Part shown: in pieces, positions 53,280-64,000 of the stretch | Numbering within the stretch: position 1 is the stretch's first letter | How the letters are laid out: each line of letters begins with the position of its first letter | Origin: a bacterium | Lineage (GTDB): Bacteria; Desulfobacterota; DSWW01 | Assembly: GCA_040756235.1 (NCBI GenBank) | Contig: JBFLZG010000062.1 | Span: forward strand, 1-64,000 | Length of the DNA: 64,000 nt | Reading direction: 5' to 3' | Translations under genes and position numbers: made by a program | Notes under the pieces: generated by a model | Database searches by the model: none | What the model saw: the letters and a program-made list of their open reading frames with translations, nothing else | What the model was told of the DNA's origin: nothing

Positions 53280-55379
53280 ATGCCTACCGCGAAAGGCCTT
53301 TACATATTCGGGGCTGAGCCCCAGTCCGGGAAATCGGTCATCCTGCTCGGGATCATGGAAGCCCTCTCGCGGCACGTGCAGAGACTGGGCTTCTTCCGCC
53401 CTCTTGTCCGTGCCGGACAGACCCGCGACGACGCCATCCGCCTGGTGACGAGCCGTTACCAGCTCTCTTTTCCCAACCGGGTCGCATACGGGATGACGTA
53501 CGAGGAGGCCGGTGCGCTCGTGAGCGAAGAAAACTACGGCGAGCTGTTGAAGCGGATCCTCGAACAGTACGGATCCCTGGAGCCGGACTGCGATGTCATC
53601 GTATGCCTCGGGACCGGATTCCATGACATCCCCCCGGGGCTGGCCCTCGACTTCAATATCGACGTGGCCAATAACCTCGGGGCCCTGGCGGTGCCTGTGG
53701 CGACCGGGTACGGGCGCACGCCGCAGGAAGTCCTGCGCAAGTCTCGCGTATTGGTCAGTCTGCTTGAGACCAAGATGTGTGAGGTCCTCGCCCTCTTCCT
53801 CAACCGGGTGGCGCCGGAACAGGCGGACGAAATCCGGGGGCTTGCGCGAGGGGAGACAGGGGCTCCGATCTTCGTCGTGCCCGAGCTTGCCGAACTGAGC
53901 AGGCCTACGGTGGGGGAAATCGCCCAGGACCTGGGCGCCACCCTCTGGAGCGGTGAGCCGGAAAGCCTGACCCGCGAGGTAGAGGACATCAAGATCGGAG
54001 CCATGGAGCTTCCCAACTTCCTCGACCGTCTGGTCGAGGGGACCCTCGTCATTACGCCTGGAGACCGATCCGACATCGTCCTGGGAAGCCTTCTGGCCGA
54101 CGCTGCCAGCACCTTCCCCAGGGTCGCAGGCCTTCTTCTGACGGGCGGCTTGAGGCCTGCCCGGGAAGTGCAGCGTCTCATCGAAGGGGTGCGCAAGTCG
54201 CCCGTCCCGGTTCTCACCGCAGAGGTGGACACCTTCGCGGCCGGGACTCAGGCCGCCCGGGTGAGAGGCAGAATCCGGCCGGAGGACCTGCGCAAGACGG
54301 CCGTTGCCCTTGGGCACCTGGAGAAGCACCTGAGCTTTCCAGCCCTCTACCAACGAATCAACATATCTCGTCCGGTGCATGTCACGCCGATCATGTTCGA
54401 GCACAGCCTGGTCGAACAGGCCCGATCGAACCGAAGGCATGTCGTGCTGCCGGAAGGGACGGAAGAGCGCGTTTTGCAGGCTGCCGAAATCCTCCTCCTC
54501 CGCGGCGTGGCCGATGTGAGCCTGCTGGGCAACGTAGAGGAGATCCGGCAAAAGGCGAGCTCCCTGGGTCTTTCCCTGAGGGGGGCTGCCCTGGTGGATC
54601 CGGCCGAGTCCCGGCGCAGAGAGGAGTATGCCCGCACCTATTACGAGCTCCGCAGACACAAGGGAATTTCCGAGCAGATGGCCTTTGACCTCGTGGTCGA
54701 TGTGACCTACTGCGGGACCCTGATGGTCCATCGCGCCGAGGCGGACGGGCTCGTCTCGGGGGCGGTGCATACCACAGCCCACACGCTAAGGCCGGCCTTC
54801 GAGATCATCGGGGTGAAGCCGGGCTTTTCTCTTGCCTCGAGCGTGTTCTTCATGTGCCTTGCAGACCGGGTGCTCGTCTTTGGCGATTGTGCCGTGAACC
54901 CGGAACCGACCACGGAGCAGCTGGCGGATATCGCCGTCGCGTCGGCCGAGACCGCGCGGGCCTTCGGCATCGAGCCGCTGATCGCCATGCTCTCCTACTC
55001 CACCGGGGAGTCAGGGAAGGGTGCGGACGTGGAAAAGGTGCGGGAGGCGACCCGCCGGGTGCGGAGCCTGCGGCCGGATCTTTCCGTGGAAGGGCCGATC
55101 CAGTATGACGCCGCGGTGGACCCGGCCGTGGCCCGGGTGAAGTTGCCCGAAAGCCGGGTTGCCGGCCGTGCCACGGTCTTCATCTTTCCCGATCTCAACA
55201 ACGGGAATATCACCTACAAAGCCGTTCAGAGATCTGCCCAGGCGGTGGCCATCGGCCCGGTCATCCAGGGGCTCAAACGGCCGGTCAACGATCTGAGCCG
55301 AGGCGCCACGGTGACGGACATCGTGAATACGGTCGCCGTCACGGCGATCCAGGCGCAGGAGAGGGGGAGCGGTTCATGA
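53280..55379 (+). CDS. pta: Phosphate acetyltransferase (long form with DRTGG domain)
   Basis: TPGDRSD, VLPEG, GPIQYDAA and VNDLSRG. Confidence 0.94.
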   Translation: MPTAKGLYIFGAEPQSGKSVILLGIMEALSRHVQRLGFFRPLVRAGQTRDDAIRLVTSRYQLSFPNRVAYGMTYEEAGALVSEENYGELLKRILEQYGSLEPDCDVIVCLGTGFHDIPPGLALDFNIDVANNLGALAVPVATGYGRTPQEVLRKSRVLVSLLETKMCEVLALFLNRVAPEQADEIRGLARGETGAPIFVVPELAELSRPTVGEIAQDLGATLWSGEPESLTREVEDIKIGAMELPNFLDRLVEGTLVITPGDRSDIVLGSLLADAASTFPRVAGLLLTGGLRPAREVQRLIEGVRKSPVPVLTAEVDTFAAGTQAARVRGRIRPEDLRKTAVALGHLEKHLSFPALYQRINISRPVHVTPIMFEHSLVEQARSNRRHVVLPEGTEERVLQAAEILLLRGVADVSLLGNVEEIRQKASSLGLSLRGAALVDPAESRRREEYARTYYELRRHKGISEQMAFDLVVDVTYCGTLMVHRAEADGLVSGAVHTTAHTLRPAFEIIGVKPGFSLASSVFFMCLADRVLVFGDCAVNPEPTTEQLADIAVASAETARAFGIEPLIAMLSYSTGESGKGADVEKVREATRRVRSLRPDLSVEGPIQYDAAVDPAVARVKLPESRVAGRATVFIFPDLNNGNITYKAVQRSAQAVAIGPVIQGLKRPVNDLSRGATVTDIVNTVAVTAIQAQERGSGS

Positions 55380-56602
55380 GGGTCGTGGTCGTCAACTCGG
55401 GAAGCTCCTCGGTGAAGTATGAGGTATTCGAGACCTCAGGGTTTTCCGTGCTGTCCTCCGGCTTGCTGGAACGGATCGGGGAGAGCGAGAGCCGGCACAC
55501 CCACCACGTCTTCAGGCCGTCCGGCACGGTCGAAGAGACCGAACGCCGGGCGCGGGTGGCCAACCATGAAGAAGGGTTCCGCTTCATCTTGAGCCTGCCC
55601 GGTGAATCCGCCGTGATCCGGAACCCTGCGGAGCTCCTGGGGATCGGACACCGCGTAGTCCACGGAGGAGAGTCTTTCCGGGAACCGGTGGTGATCGACG
55701 GGAAGGTGGTGGAGACCATTCGAGGGCTCATCCCCCTGGCCCCGCTCCACAACCCGGCGAACCTCCTCGGGATCGAGGCGGCCCGGCAAGCCTTTCCGGG
55801 AGTGCCGCAGGTAGCTGTTTTCGACACCGCTTTTCATCAATCCATGCCGTCCCATGCTTTTCTCTACGCAGTGCCCTACAGCTTCTATGCCCTGCACGGC
55901 GTGCGGCGCTACGGCTTTCACGGAAGCTCCCATCTGTGGGTGGCCAAGGAAGCGGCGGCTCATCTCGGGAAGCCCCTGGCGCTCCTCAACTTGATCACCC
56001 TCCACCTGGGGAACGGGGCGAGTGCGGCGGCGATCCGCCAGGGGCAGAGCGTGGACACGTCCATGGGCATGACGCCCCTGGAGGGCCTCGTCATGGGGAC
56101 GCGCTGCGGGGACCTGGACCCGGCCATTCCCTTTTACCTGCGCAGGGCCACCGGCATGCCGGAACGAGAGCTGGAAGCGCTGTTGAACAAGGCGAGCGGC
56201 CTGAAGGGAATTTGCGGGGCCAATGACATGCGGGAGATCCTCGGTATGGCGAAGCGAGGGGACCCGCTCGCCCGGCTGGCCCTGGAGCTCTACTGCTACC
56301 GCATCAAGAAGTATCTCGGGGCCTATTATGCGGTGCTGGGCCGGGTCGATGCCGTGGTGTTCACCGGCGGCATCGGCGAGAACGCCGCTCCGATCCGGAG
56401 ACAGTGCTGCCAGGGGCTCGAAGGGCTTGGAATCACGGTCGACGACAGGAAGAACGATCAGGCTTGCGCAGAGGTCCTCGAAATCCACCACGACGGCGCT
56501 CCGGTCAAGGTCCTGGTCGTCCGGACGAATGAGGAACGGCAGATCGCCGAGCAGACCGTTGCGACCCTCCTTCGGGAGAGGGAAGGGGAGGAGCAGGGAT
56601 GA
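55376..56602 (+). CDS. ackA: Acetate kinase
   Basis: NSGSSSVK, HRVVHGG, APLHN, FDTAFH, HLGNG and TGGIGEN. Confidence 0.95.
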   Translation: MRVVVVNSGSSSVKYEVFETSGFSVLSSGLLERIGESESRHTHHVFRPSGTVEETERRARVANHEEGFRFILSLPGESAVIRNPAELLGIGHRVVHGGESFREPVVIDGKVVETIRGLIPLAPLHNPANLLGIEAARQAFPGVPQVAVFDTAFHQSMPSHAFLYAVPYSFYALHGVRRYGFHGSSHLWVAKEAAAHLGKPLALLNLITLHLGNGASAAAIRQGQSVDTSMGMTPLEGLVMGTRCGDLDPAIPFYLRRATGMPERELEALLNKASGLKGICGANDMREILGMAKRGDPLARLALELYCYRIKKYLGAYYAVLGRVDAVVFTGGIGENAAPIRRQCCQGLEGLGITVDDRKNDQACAEVLEIHHDGAPVKVLVVRTNEERQIAEQTVATLLREREGEEQG

Positions 56603-57183
56603 ACCCTTACGACTTCGCCATTCAGATGAGTCTGGACGGCGAGAAGTTTTTCCGCGCCCTCATCAAGCAGGTGAAGAGACCCGGCCTGCGCAAGATCCTG
56701 GTCGTGCTCGCCGAGGACCAGGCGATCCACCGCCGCAATATTGAGAAGATGAAGAAGGCCGCAGGGCCGACCCCGCCAGACGCCAGGAATCTGGAGGGAG
56801 CCCTCAACCCGTTCGCCCAGCGGCTGAGATCGGGCCGCGCCGAAAGGGTGGACGAGAATCTTCCTGCCGCGGAGCTCTACCGGAGGGGGCAAGAGCTGGA
56901 CAAGGCATGTGAGGACTTCTACCGAAAGAGAGCGGCCGGGGCAAAAGACCTCCGGCTCAAGCAGGCATTCCTGGAGCTTGCCGAAGAACAGCGAAAACAT
57001 CACTTCAGTCTCGAGCACCTCATCAACTTCCTGTTGGAGCCGCAGCAGACGCTCGAGGATGCGGAGTGGCACGTCGCGGAACCGCCGGATATGACCTTCA
57101 CCGACCTGCAGATAGACAGCGGTTCGGGTCGGGCCCAGCCAGCCGAGGCCCGCAGCAAGACCTCTCAGCGAAAGAGAAGGTAA
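56599..57183 (+). CDS. Ferritin-like / rubrerythrin-family protein
   Basis: Duplicated pattern of AIQM..G..FF, LAEDQ..H, FY and LAEEQ..H. Overlaps both ackA and por. Confidence 0.7.
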   Translation: MNPYDFAIQMSLDGEKFFRALIKQVKRPGLRKILVVLAEDQAIHRRNIEKMKKAAGPTPPDARNLEGALNPFAQRLRSGRAERVDENLPAAELYRRGQELDKACEDFYRKRAAGAKDLRLKQAFLELAEEQRKHHFSLEHLINFLLEPQQTLEDAEWHVAEPPDMTFTDLQIDSGSGRAQPAEARSKTSQRKRR

Positions 57184-60100
57184 TGGAAAGAAAGAAGATC
57201 ACTGTGGACGGATGCACTGCCTGTGCGCTCGTCGCCTACGCCACCAACGAGCTGATCACGATCTATCCCATCACCCCTTCGTCCCCCATGGCGGAGACCT
57301 GCGATTCGCTGGCAGCCGCGGGCAAGTTGAACCTCTGGGGGACCGTGCCGAATGTCTGCCAGATGCAGTCCGAGGCGGGCGCGGCCGGAGCGGTCCACGG
57401 CTCGCTGACCACAGGCGCCTTGACCACCACCTTTACGGCCTCGCAGGGGCTCCTGCTGATGATCCCGAACATGTACAAGATTGCCGGCGAGCTCACCCCC
57501 ACCGTCTTCCACGTGACCGCTCGAGCCCTTGCCGGCCAGGGGCTCTCCATCTTCGGCGACCACTCCGATGTCATGGCTGCGCGGGCGACCGGGTTCGCCT
57601 TGCTCTGCTCGAAGAGCGTCCAGGAGGCCATGGACTTCGCCCTCATCTCACAGTGCGCCACCCTGGAATCGCGGGTGCCGTTTCTCCACTTCTTCGACGG
57701 TTTCCGGACGTCCCACGAGGTGCAGAAGATCGAAGAGCTCATTGCCGACGACATGCGCATGATGATTCCCGAGGACCGGGTCCTGGCCCACCGCCGGCGC
57801 GGCCTGTCACCGGACCGGCCTGCCATCCGGGGCACTTCCCAGAACCCGGACGTGTACTTCCAGGGGAGAGAAACGGTCAACCGGTTCTACGAGGCCGTCC
57901 CGGAGGTTGTACAGAGGGCCATGGACAAATTCGCCGGTCTCGTGGGGAGGCAGTACCGGCTCTTCGATTATCACGGGGACCCGGAGGCGGAGCGGGTGAT
58001 CGTGATCATGGGATCGGCGGGCGACACGGTCGCCAAGACGGTGGACGCGCTGAGCGCACAGGGGGAAAGGCTGGGGCGGGTCCAGGTAAGGCTCTATCGG
58101 CCGTTCTCGCTGAGCGCCTTCCTCGAAGCCGTGCCGCGAAGCGTCAAGGCCATTGCCGTTCTCGATCGCACCAAGGAGCCGGGGGCGATCGGCGAGCCCC
58201 TCTACCTGGACGTACGCGCGGCTTTCGACGAGGGTCCGGCTCAGGGGATCACCGGATTCGCCGAGCGTCTGCAGATCGTCGGGGGACGATACGGACTGGG
58301 GTCCAAGGAGTTCACCCCCGCTATGGTCAAGGCCGTCTTCGAAAACCTCTCTCAGGCGAAGCCGAGGAATCATTTCACGATCGGCATTCACGACGACGTG
58401 ACCGGAACCAGCCTGCAGTTCGACGATTCCTTTCAGGTGGAAAGAAGGGACGTCTTCCGGGGACTGTTCTTCGGGCTCGGCTCCGACGGCACCGTGGGGG
58501 CCAACAAGAGCACCCTGAAGATCCTCGGCGCAGAAACGGACAACTTCGCCCAGGGGTATTTCGTCTACGACTCGAAAAAGTCCGGATCCCTGACCATCTC
58601 CCATGTCCGCTTCGGACCGCATGACTTGAACGATCCTTATCTGATCTCCTCGGCCAAGTTCATCGCCTGCCACAATCCTTCCTTCGTCGAAAAGTATGAT
58701 TTGCTGTCCTCCGCAGAGGAGGGAGCGGTGTTCCTGCTCACCACCCCGCACCCCAGAGAAACCGTCTGGGATACCCTGCCGGCAGAGGTCCAGGAACAGC
58801 TCATCTCGAAGAAGATGAGGTTCTACATCATCGATGCGATCTCCCTGGCTGAAGAAATCGGTCTCGGGTCGCGGATCAACATGATCATGCAGACCGCCTT
58901 CTTCGTCATTTCAGGGGTCCTGCCCAGGGATGCGGCGATCCGGGCCATCAAAGGGCAAATCCAAAAGACCTATGGCAAGAAAGGAGAGAAGCTCGTTCAG
59001 ATGAACAACGAGGCGGTAGACCGGGCCCTGCAGGGCATCGTCGAGGTGCCGGTACCGAAGGAAGTGACGAGCGCGAAGAAGAGGCGACCGGCGGTCCCCG
59101 GCGATGCGCCCGAGTTCGTCAGACAGGTGACGGCCAAGATCATCTCCGGTGAGGGAGATTCGGTGCCCGTATCCGCAGTACCCGAGGATGGCACCTGGCC
59201 GACCGGCACCACCCAGTACGAGAAGAGGAACATCGCCGTCCATATCCCGGTCTGGGAGCCGGACATCTGCATCCAGTGCGGCCAGTGCGCCTTCGTCTGT
59301 CCCCATGCCACCATCCGCATGAAGGCCTACGATCCGGCCTGCCTGAAAGGAGCCCCCCAAGATTTCCTGGCGGCCGATGCCAAGGGCAAGGAGCTGCAAG
59401 GGCTCAAGTTCACTGTCCAGGTCGCTCCCGAAGACTGCACCGGCTGTGCTTCATGCGTTTTTGTCTGCCCGGCAATGGGAAAGGACTCCGAGGGGAAGAA
59501 GATAGAAGGGTTCAAGGCCGTCAACATGCGGCTGCAGGAGCCGATCCGTGAACGGGAAGCCGAAAATTACCGCTTCTTCCTCGGGCTGCCCGAGACGGAC
59601 CCATCCCGGTACAATACTGCAACCGTCAAGGGGAGCCAGTTCGTACGCCCCCTTTTCGAATACAACGGGGCCTGTGCCGGCTGCGGAGAAACCCCCTACC
59701 TCAAGCTCCTGACCCAGCTCTTCGGAGACCGGCTCCTGATCGGCAATGCCACGGGGTGCACGTCCATCTACGGCGGAAATCTGCCCACCACTCCCTTCAC
59801 CAGGAGGGCGGACGGCCGCGGGCCTGCCTGGTCCAATTCGCTCTTTGAAGACGCCGCTGAATTCGCCTTTGGCATGAGGCTGGCGGTCGATGCCTTCCGC
59901 GGGCAGGCCATGGGGTTGCTCGACCGGCTCCGGGAGGACCCCTCCGGCGGCGAAGTCGGGGATCTTCTGGCGGCCATCTGCGGGGCGGATCTTGCGACAC
60001 CTCAGGCATTCGATAGCCAGCGCAGCAGGGTCGAGGAACTGAAGGAACGGCTCCGCCGTTCGGACTGGCTTTTGCGGGAGCAGCTTCTCTCCCTGGCTGA

Positions 60101-60782
60101 TTACCTGGTTCCGAAGTCCGTCTGGGCGGTAGGCGGGGACGGCTGGGCCTACGATATCGGTTACGGGGGAGTCGACCAGGTCCTGGCCTCGGGTAAGAAC
60201 ATCAACGTACTGGTGCTCGATACCGAAGTCTACTCCAACACCGGGGGACAGATGTCCAAGGCCACGCCTCTGGGGGCAGTAGCGAAGTTTGCCGCCAGCG
60301 GGAAGATGACCCCCAAGAAGTACATAGGGATGATCATGGCGACCTACGGAAACATTTACGTTGCCCAGATCGCCTTCGGCGCCAATCAGGCTCAGACGGT
60401 GAAAGCCTTCCTCGAGGCAGAGGCCTATGACGGCCCTTCCCTGGTCGTGGCCTATGCCACTTGCACGGGGCACGGCATCGACATGAGCAAGGGGATCGAG
60501 TGCCAGAGAAAGGCGGTGGCTTGCGGCCACTGGCCCCTCTACCGATACAACCCCGAGCTCAGGGCTCAAGGCAAGAACCCCCTGGTCATCGACAGCAAGG
60601 AGCCCTCGCTGCCCGTGGCCGAATATATCTACGGCGAGAATCGGTACCGGATGCTGCGCACGGCCAATCCCGACCTGGCGGGCCGTCTACTGAAGCATAC
60701 GGAGGAGGATGTGAAACGGCGCTGGGAATTCCTCAAACACGTAGCGGCGCGGTCCCACGGTCCTGCGGAGGGGGCCCCCTAG
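57183..60782 (+). CDS. por: Pyruvate:ferredoxin (flavodoxin) oxidoreductase, single chain
   Basis: YPITPSS, GSDGTVGAN, two ferredoxin motifs, ACAGCGE and GGDGWAYDIG. ATG 57183 overlaps the TAA of the previous gene. Confidence 0.96.
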   Translation: MERKKITVDGCTACALVAYATNELITIYPITPSSPMAETCDSLAAAGKLNLWGTVPNVCQMQSEAGAAGAVHGSLTTGALTTTFTASQGLLLMIPNMYKIAGELTPTVFHVTARALAGQGLSIFGDHSDVMAARATGFALLCSKSVQEAMDFALISQCATLESRVPFLHFFDGFRTSHEVQKIEELIADDMRMMIPEDRVLAHRRRGLSPDRPAIRGTSQNPDVYFQGRETVNRFYEAVPEVVQRAMDKFAGLVGRQYRLFDYHGDPEAERVIVIMGSAGDTVAKTVDALSAQGERLGRVQVRLYRPFSLSAFLEAVPRSVKAIAVLDRTKEPGAIGEPLYLDVRAAFDEGPAQGITGFAERLQIVGGRYGLGSKEFTPAMVKAVFENLSQAKPRNHFTIGIHDDVTGTSLQFDDSFQVERRDVFRGLFFGLGSDGTVGANKSTLKILGAETDNFAQGYFVYDSKKSGSLTISHVRFGPHDLNDPYLISSAKFIACHNPSFVEKYDLLSSAEEGAVFLLTTPHPRETVWDTLPAEVQEQLISKKMRFYIIDAISLAEEIGLGSRINMIMQTAFFVISGVLPRDAAIRAIKGQIQKTYGKKGEKLVQMNNEAVDRALQGIVEVPVPKEVTSAKKRRPAVPGDAPEFVRQVTAKIISGEGDSVPVSAVPEDGTWPTGTTQYEKRNIAVHIPVWEPDICIQCGQCAFVCPHATIRMKAYDPACLKGAPQDFLAADAKGKELQGLKFTVQVAPEDCTGCASCVFVCPAMGKDSEGKKIEGFKAVNMRLQEPIREREAENYRFFLGLPETDPSRYNTATVKGSQFVRPLFEYNGACAGCGETPYLKLLTQLFGDRLLIGNATGCTSIYGGNLPTTPFTRRADGRGPAWSNSLFEDAAEFAFGMRLAVDAFRGQAMGLLDRLREDPSGGEVGDLLAAICGADLATPQAFDSQRSRVEELKERLRRSDWLLREQLLSLADYLVPKSVWAVGGDGWAYDIGYGGVDQVLASGKNINVLVLDTEVYSNTGGQMSKATPLGAVAKFAASGKMTPKKYIGMIMATYGNIYVAQIAFGANQAQTVKAFLEAEAYDGPSLVVAYATCTGHGIDMSKGIECQRKAVACGHWPLYRYNPELRAQGKNPLVIDSKEPSLPVAEYIYGENRYRMLRTANPDLAGRLLKHTEEDVKRRWEFLKHVAARSHGPAEGAP

Positions 60783-60807
60783 GAGCCTGTCCAAGATTTA
60801 GGCTCCG

Positions 60808-61059
60808 GGAGGCTGTTCAGAAATGTCCAGATGCAAGGCGCGCGACAATTCCGCAGGACAGCGGAATTGGACGCATCATCCGCCAGGATGATGCGCGCCC
60901 GCAGGGCGAGGGCCATGGACGGCCCGAGTCAAATCCTGAGGAATGAGGCGTACATGGGAGTACGCCGCAATGACCCCGGCTTTCGCCGGGGCAGGCTGCC
61001 CTAGGACCTCCACGCCGCATAAGCGCAACGCTGCAGATGGGCATTTATGGACAGCCTCC
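60808..61059. mobile_element. MITE-like / multicopy palindromic element
   Basis: Imperfect 22-bp terminal inverted repeats (19/22 match): GGAGGCTGTTCAGAAATGTCCA and TGGGCATTTATGGACAGCCTCC. Several internal hairpins; no transposase. Confidence 0.65.
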
Positions 61060-61109
61060 TAGTCGGGTGCCGGGGGTGGGGACATCTGCAGGGAGTGGCA
61101 GCGCGTTGA

Positions 61110-62822
<1,713 letters not shown>

Positions 62823-63225
62823 GCGGCCGACACATACGGGGTCGTGGCAAAGGGTCTTCCGACCCATGACGGAAAGCTCAGTTACACCCTGGGTCAGGAG
62901 AGGCCCGACACCCTGAGGCTGATCCTCGCAGGCGACGTTGTCCTGCCCCCGGACGCATCGTTGTCAAAGCGCCACTGCCGCGGCCCCTGATTCAGGTCTC
63001 GGTAAAGGACAGGAGGAAGGATGCGGTATTGATGGAATCGCGTCGTTGGATCCTGTTCCGAGGGCAGCATTGCGAGATTTGCAGGGGCTGACGTCGGTAT
63101 GTGTCTCACCGCTTCGCTCCGTGTGGGGAGCGAGCGATGGGTGGGGCATGCGATGCGATGCCCGGTAACGGCGGCGTGTGGCGAGTGGCCCACAAGATCG
63201 GCAGGACTGTCCGCTCCCTCACGGG

Positions 63226-63258
63226 GATGGCATGTTGACCTGAGGTCGATATGGCGAC
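63226..63258. promoter_or_regulatory. Tandem palindromic putative UAS
   Basis: GATGGCATGTTGAC (63226) and GTCGATATGGCGAC (63245), 19 bp apart. Confidence 0.62.
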
Positions 63259-63303
63259 TTCTTCAGGGTCGGCTTGGGCTTTCACAGACCGGCCCCTGCT
63301 CCT

Positions 63304-63316
63304 TAAACACTTGATT
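63304..63316 (-). promoter_or_regulatory. IHF binding site candidate
   Basis: Minus strand AATCAAGTGTTTA matches WATCAANNNNTTR and lies between the UAS and the sigma-54 element. Confidence 0.55.
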
Positions 63317-63355
63317 CTGGGCGCTTAGTCTGCCACCGCCGAGAAGGCGGGAGTC

Positions 63356-63371
63356 TGGCATCAACATCGCA
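63356..63371 (+). promoter_or_regulatory. Sigma-54 promoter
   Basis: TGGCATCAACATCGCA (GG-N10-GC), 28 bp before ATG 63400. Confidence 0.65.
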
Positions 63372-63399
63372 GAAGCACGCGGAATCATCGGAGGCAAAG

Positions 63400-64000
63400 A
63401 TGAAGAGATACCGTCCAGCCATCTGCGCGGCCGTGGGAGGGATCCTGCTGCTTGCTCTTCATTCTGCGGGCTGCAGGGAGAAATGGGACACAACCCAAAA
63501 CCCCGTGCGAGACGAGGAGTTGGAGTCGGCATTCTTCTCGGGGCTGAACAGCATCGACATCCCTGAGCTCGCCGAGCCGACGCGCCTGCGTCCCTGCTGC
63601 ATCTTCGGCAATGATGTGAGCGTCAGCGTGGGCTCCATTCCGGTGCCGGGGTACGAGGTCCGCAACGTCCTCGATGTGGAGGACCTCGGGACCCACACCT
63701 ACAACAACGGCACGTTGTCCCTGCAACGCCCCGAACAGGGTCCGGGCGTGGTCACGGATGAGGCCTCGGGCATTCTCTACACCTGTCGCGGCGGCTTCAT
63801 CGACATCGCCCACGTGCGTGACAACGCCGACCGCACGTTCTACCTCGCGGCACGAATCGGACGGCTGGCCGCGACCGGTGGAATGGTTCCCGTCGCCAGG
63901 GAGGGCGCCGAGCGCCGCCTCGTGGTGCATCCGGTCGATGCGAGCCTCGTGCGCGCCTATGGCATACGGGAAGTCGTCATCGGTCTCGCCGAGTGGATCG
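63400..64000 (+). CDS. DUF4056-like lipoprotein, truncated by the window end (absent from the ORF track)
   Basis: Hand translation: MKRYRPAICAAVGGILLLALHSAGC..., LRPCCIFG, LGTHTYN and GILYTCRGGFIDIAHVRDNAD. GGAGG RBS; I saw no stop before the edge. Confidence 0.75.
   Translation, partial: MKRYRPAICAAVGGILLLALHSAGCREKWDTTQNPVRDEELESAFFSGLNSIDIPELAEPTRLRPCCIFGNDVSVSVGSIPVPGYEVRNVLDVEDLGTHTYNNGTLSLQRPEQGPGVVTDEASGILYTCRGGFIDIAHVRDNADRTFYLAARIGRLAATGGMVPVAREGAERRLVVHPVDASLVRAYGIREVVIGLAEWI

Noticed and set aside
62840..62925. c-di-GMP-I-like fragments (GGCAAA...GACGGAAAGC) after pgi
   Set aside because: The loop is TTCC rather than GNRA, no receptor motif is visible, and it is upstream of the next promoter. 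More likely a simple hairpin; an Rfam scan would settle it.
62894..63314. Small ORFs between pgi and the DUF4056-like gene
   Set aside because: No convincing RBS or motifs, and they overlap the promoter module.

Overview
GC-rich bacterial window from an anaerobe, probably Desulfobacterota/Syntrophobacteria-like (inferred from gene content). It is almost entirely fermentative metabolism and envelope genes. Left: AOR-family aldehyde:ferredoxin oxidoreductase, a single-chain EutB-EutC ethanolamine ammonia-lyase carrying an apparent signal peptide, a complete echABCDEF hydrogenase plus ferredoxin, an RND pump, a large membrane protein with a P-loop NTPase domain overlapping an MscS gene, and adh. 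Middle: an Mla/PqiC-type ABC operon, GH13 and GH63 glycosidases, ion transporters, pfk and several small lipoproteins. Right: a ~21 kb co-directional glycogen-to-acetate cluster (pyk, fba, glgP, glgX, eno, gpmA, pta, ackA, por), followed by pgi. The window has no gap or pgk; instead a ferredoxin-like subunit plus a second, divergent AOR-family enzyme follows eno-gpmA, suggesting a GOR-type GAP:ferredoxin oxidoreductase. Read by eye: eight sigma-54-type promoters, five tandem palindromic upstream sites (GTCG-N6-CGAC, always 19 bp apart), a duplicated promoter module, an internally deleted pta-ackA remnant and a MITE-like element. I saw no rRNA, tRNA, CRISPR array or transposase. All family calls come from motif recognition, not database searches.
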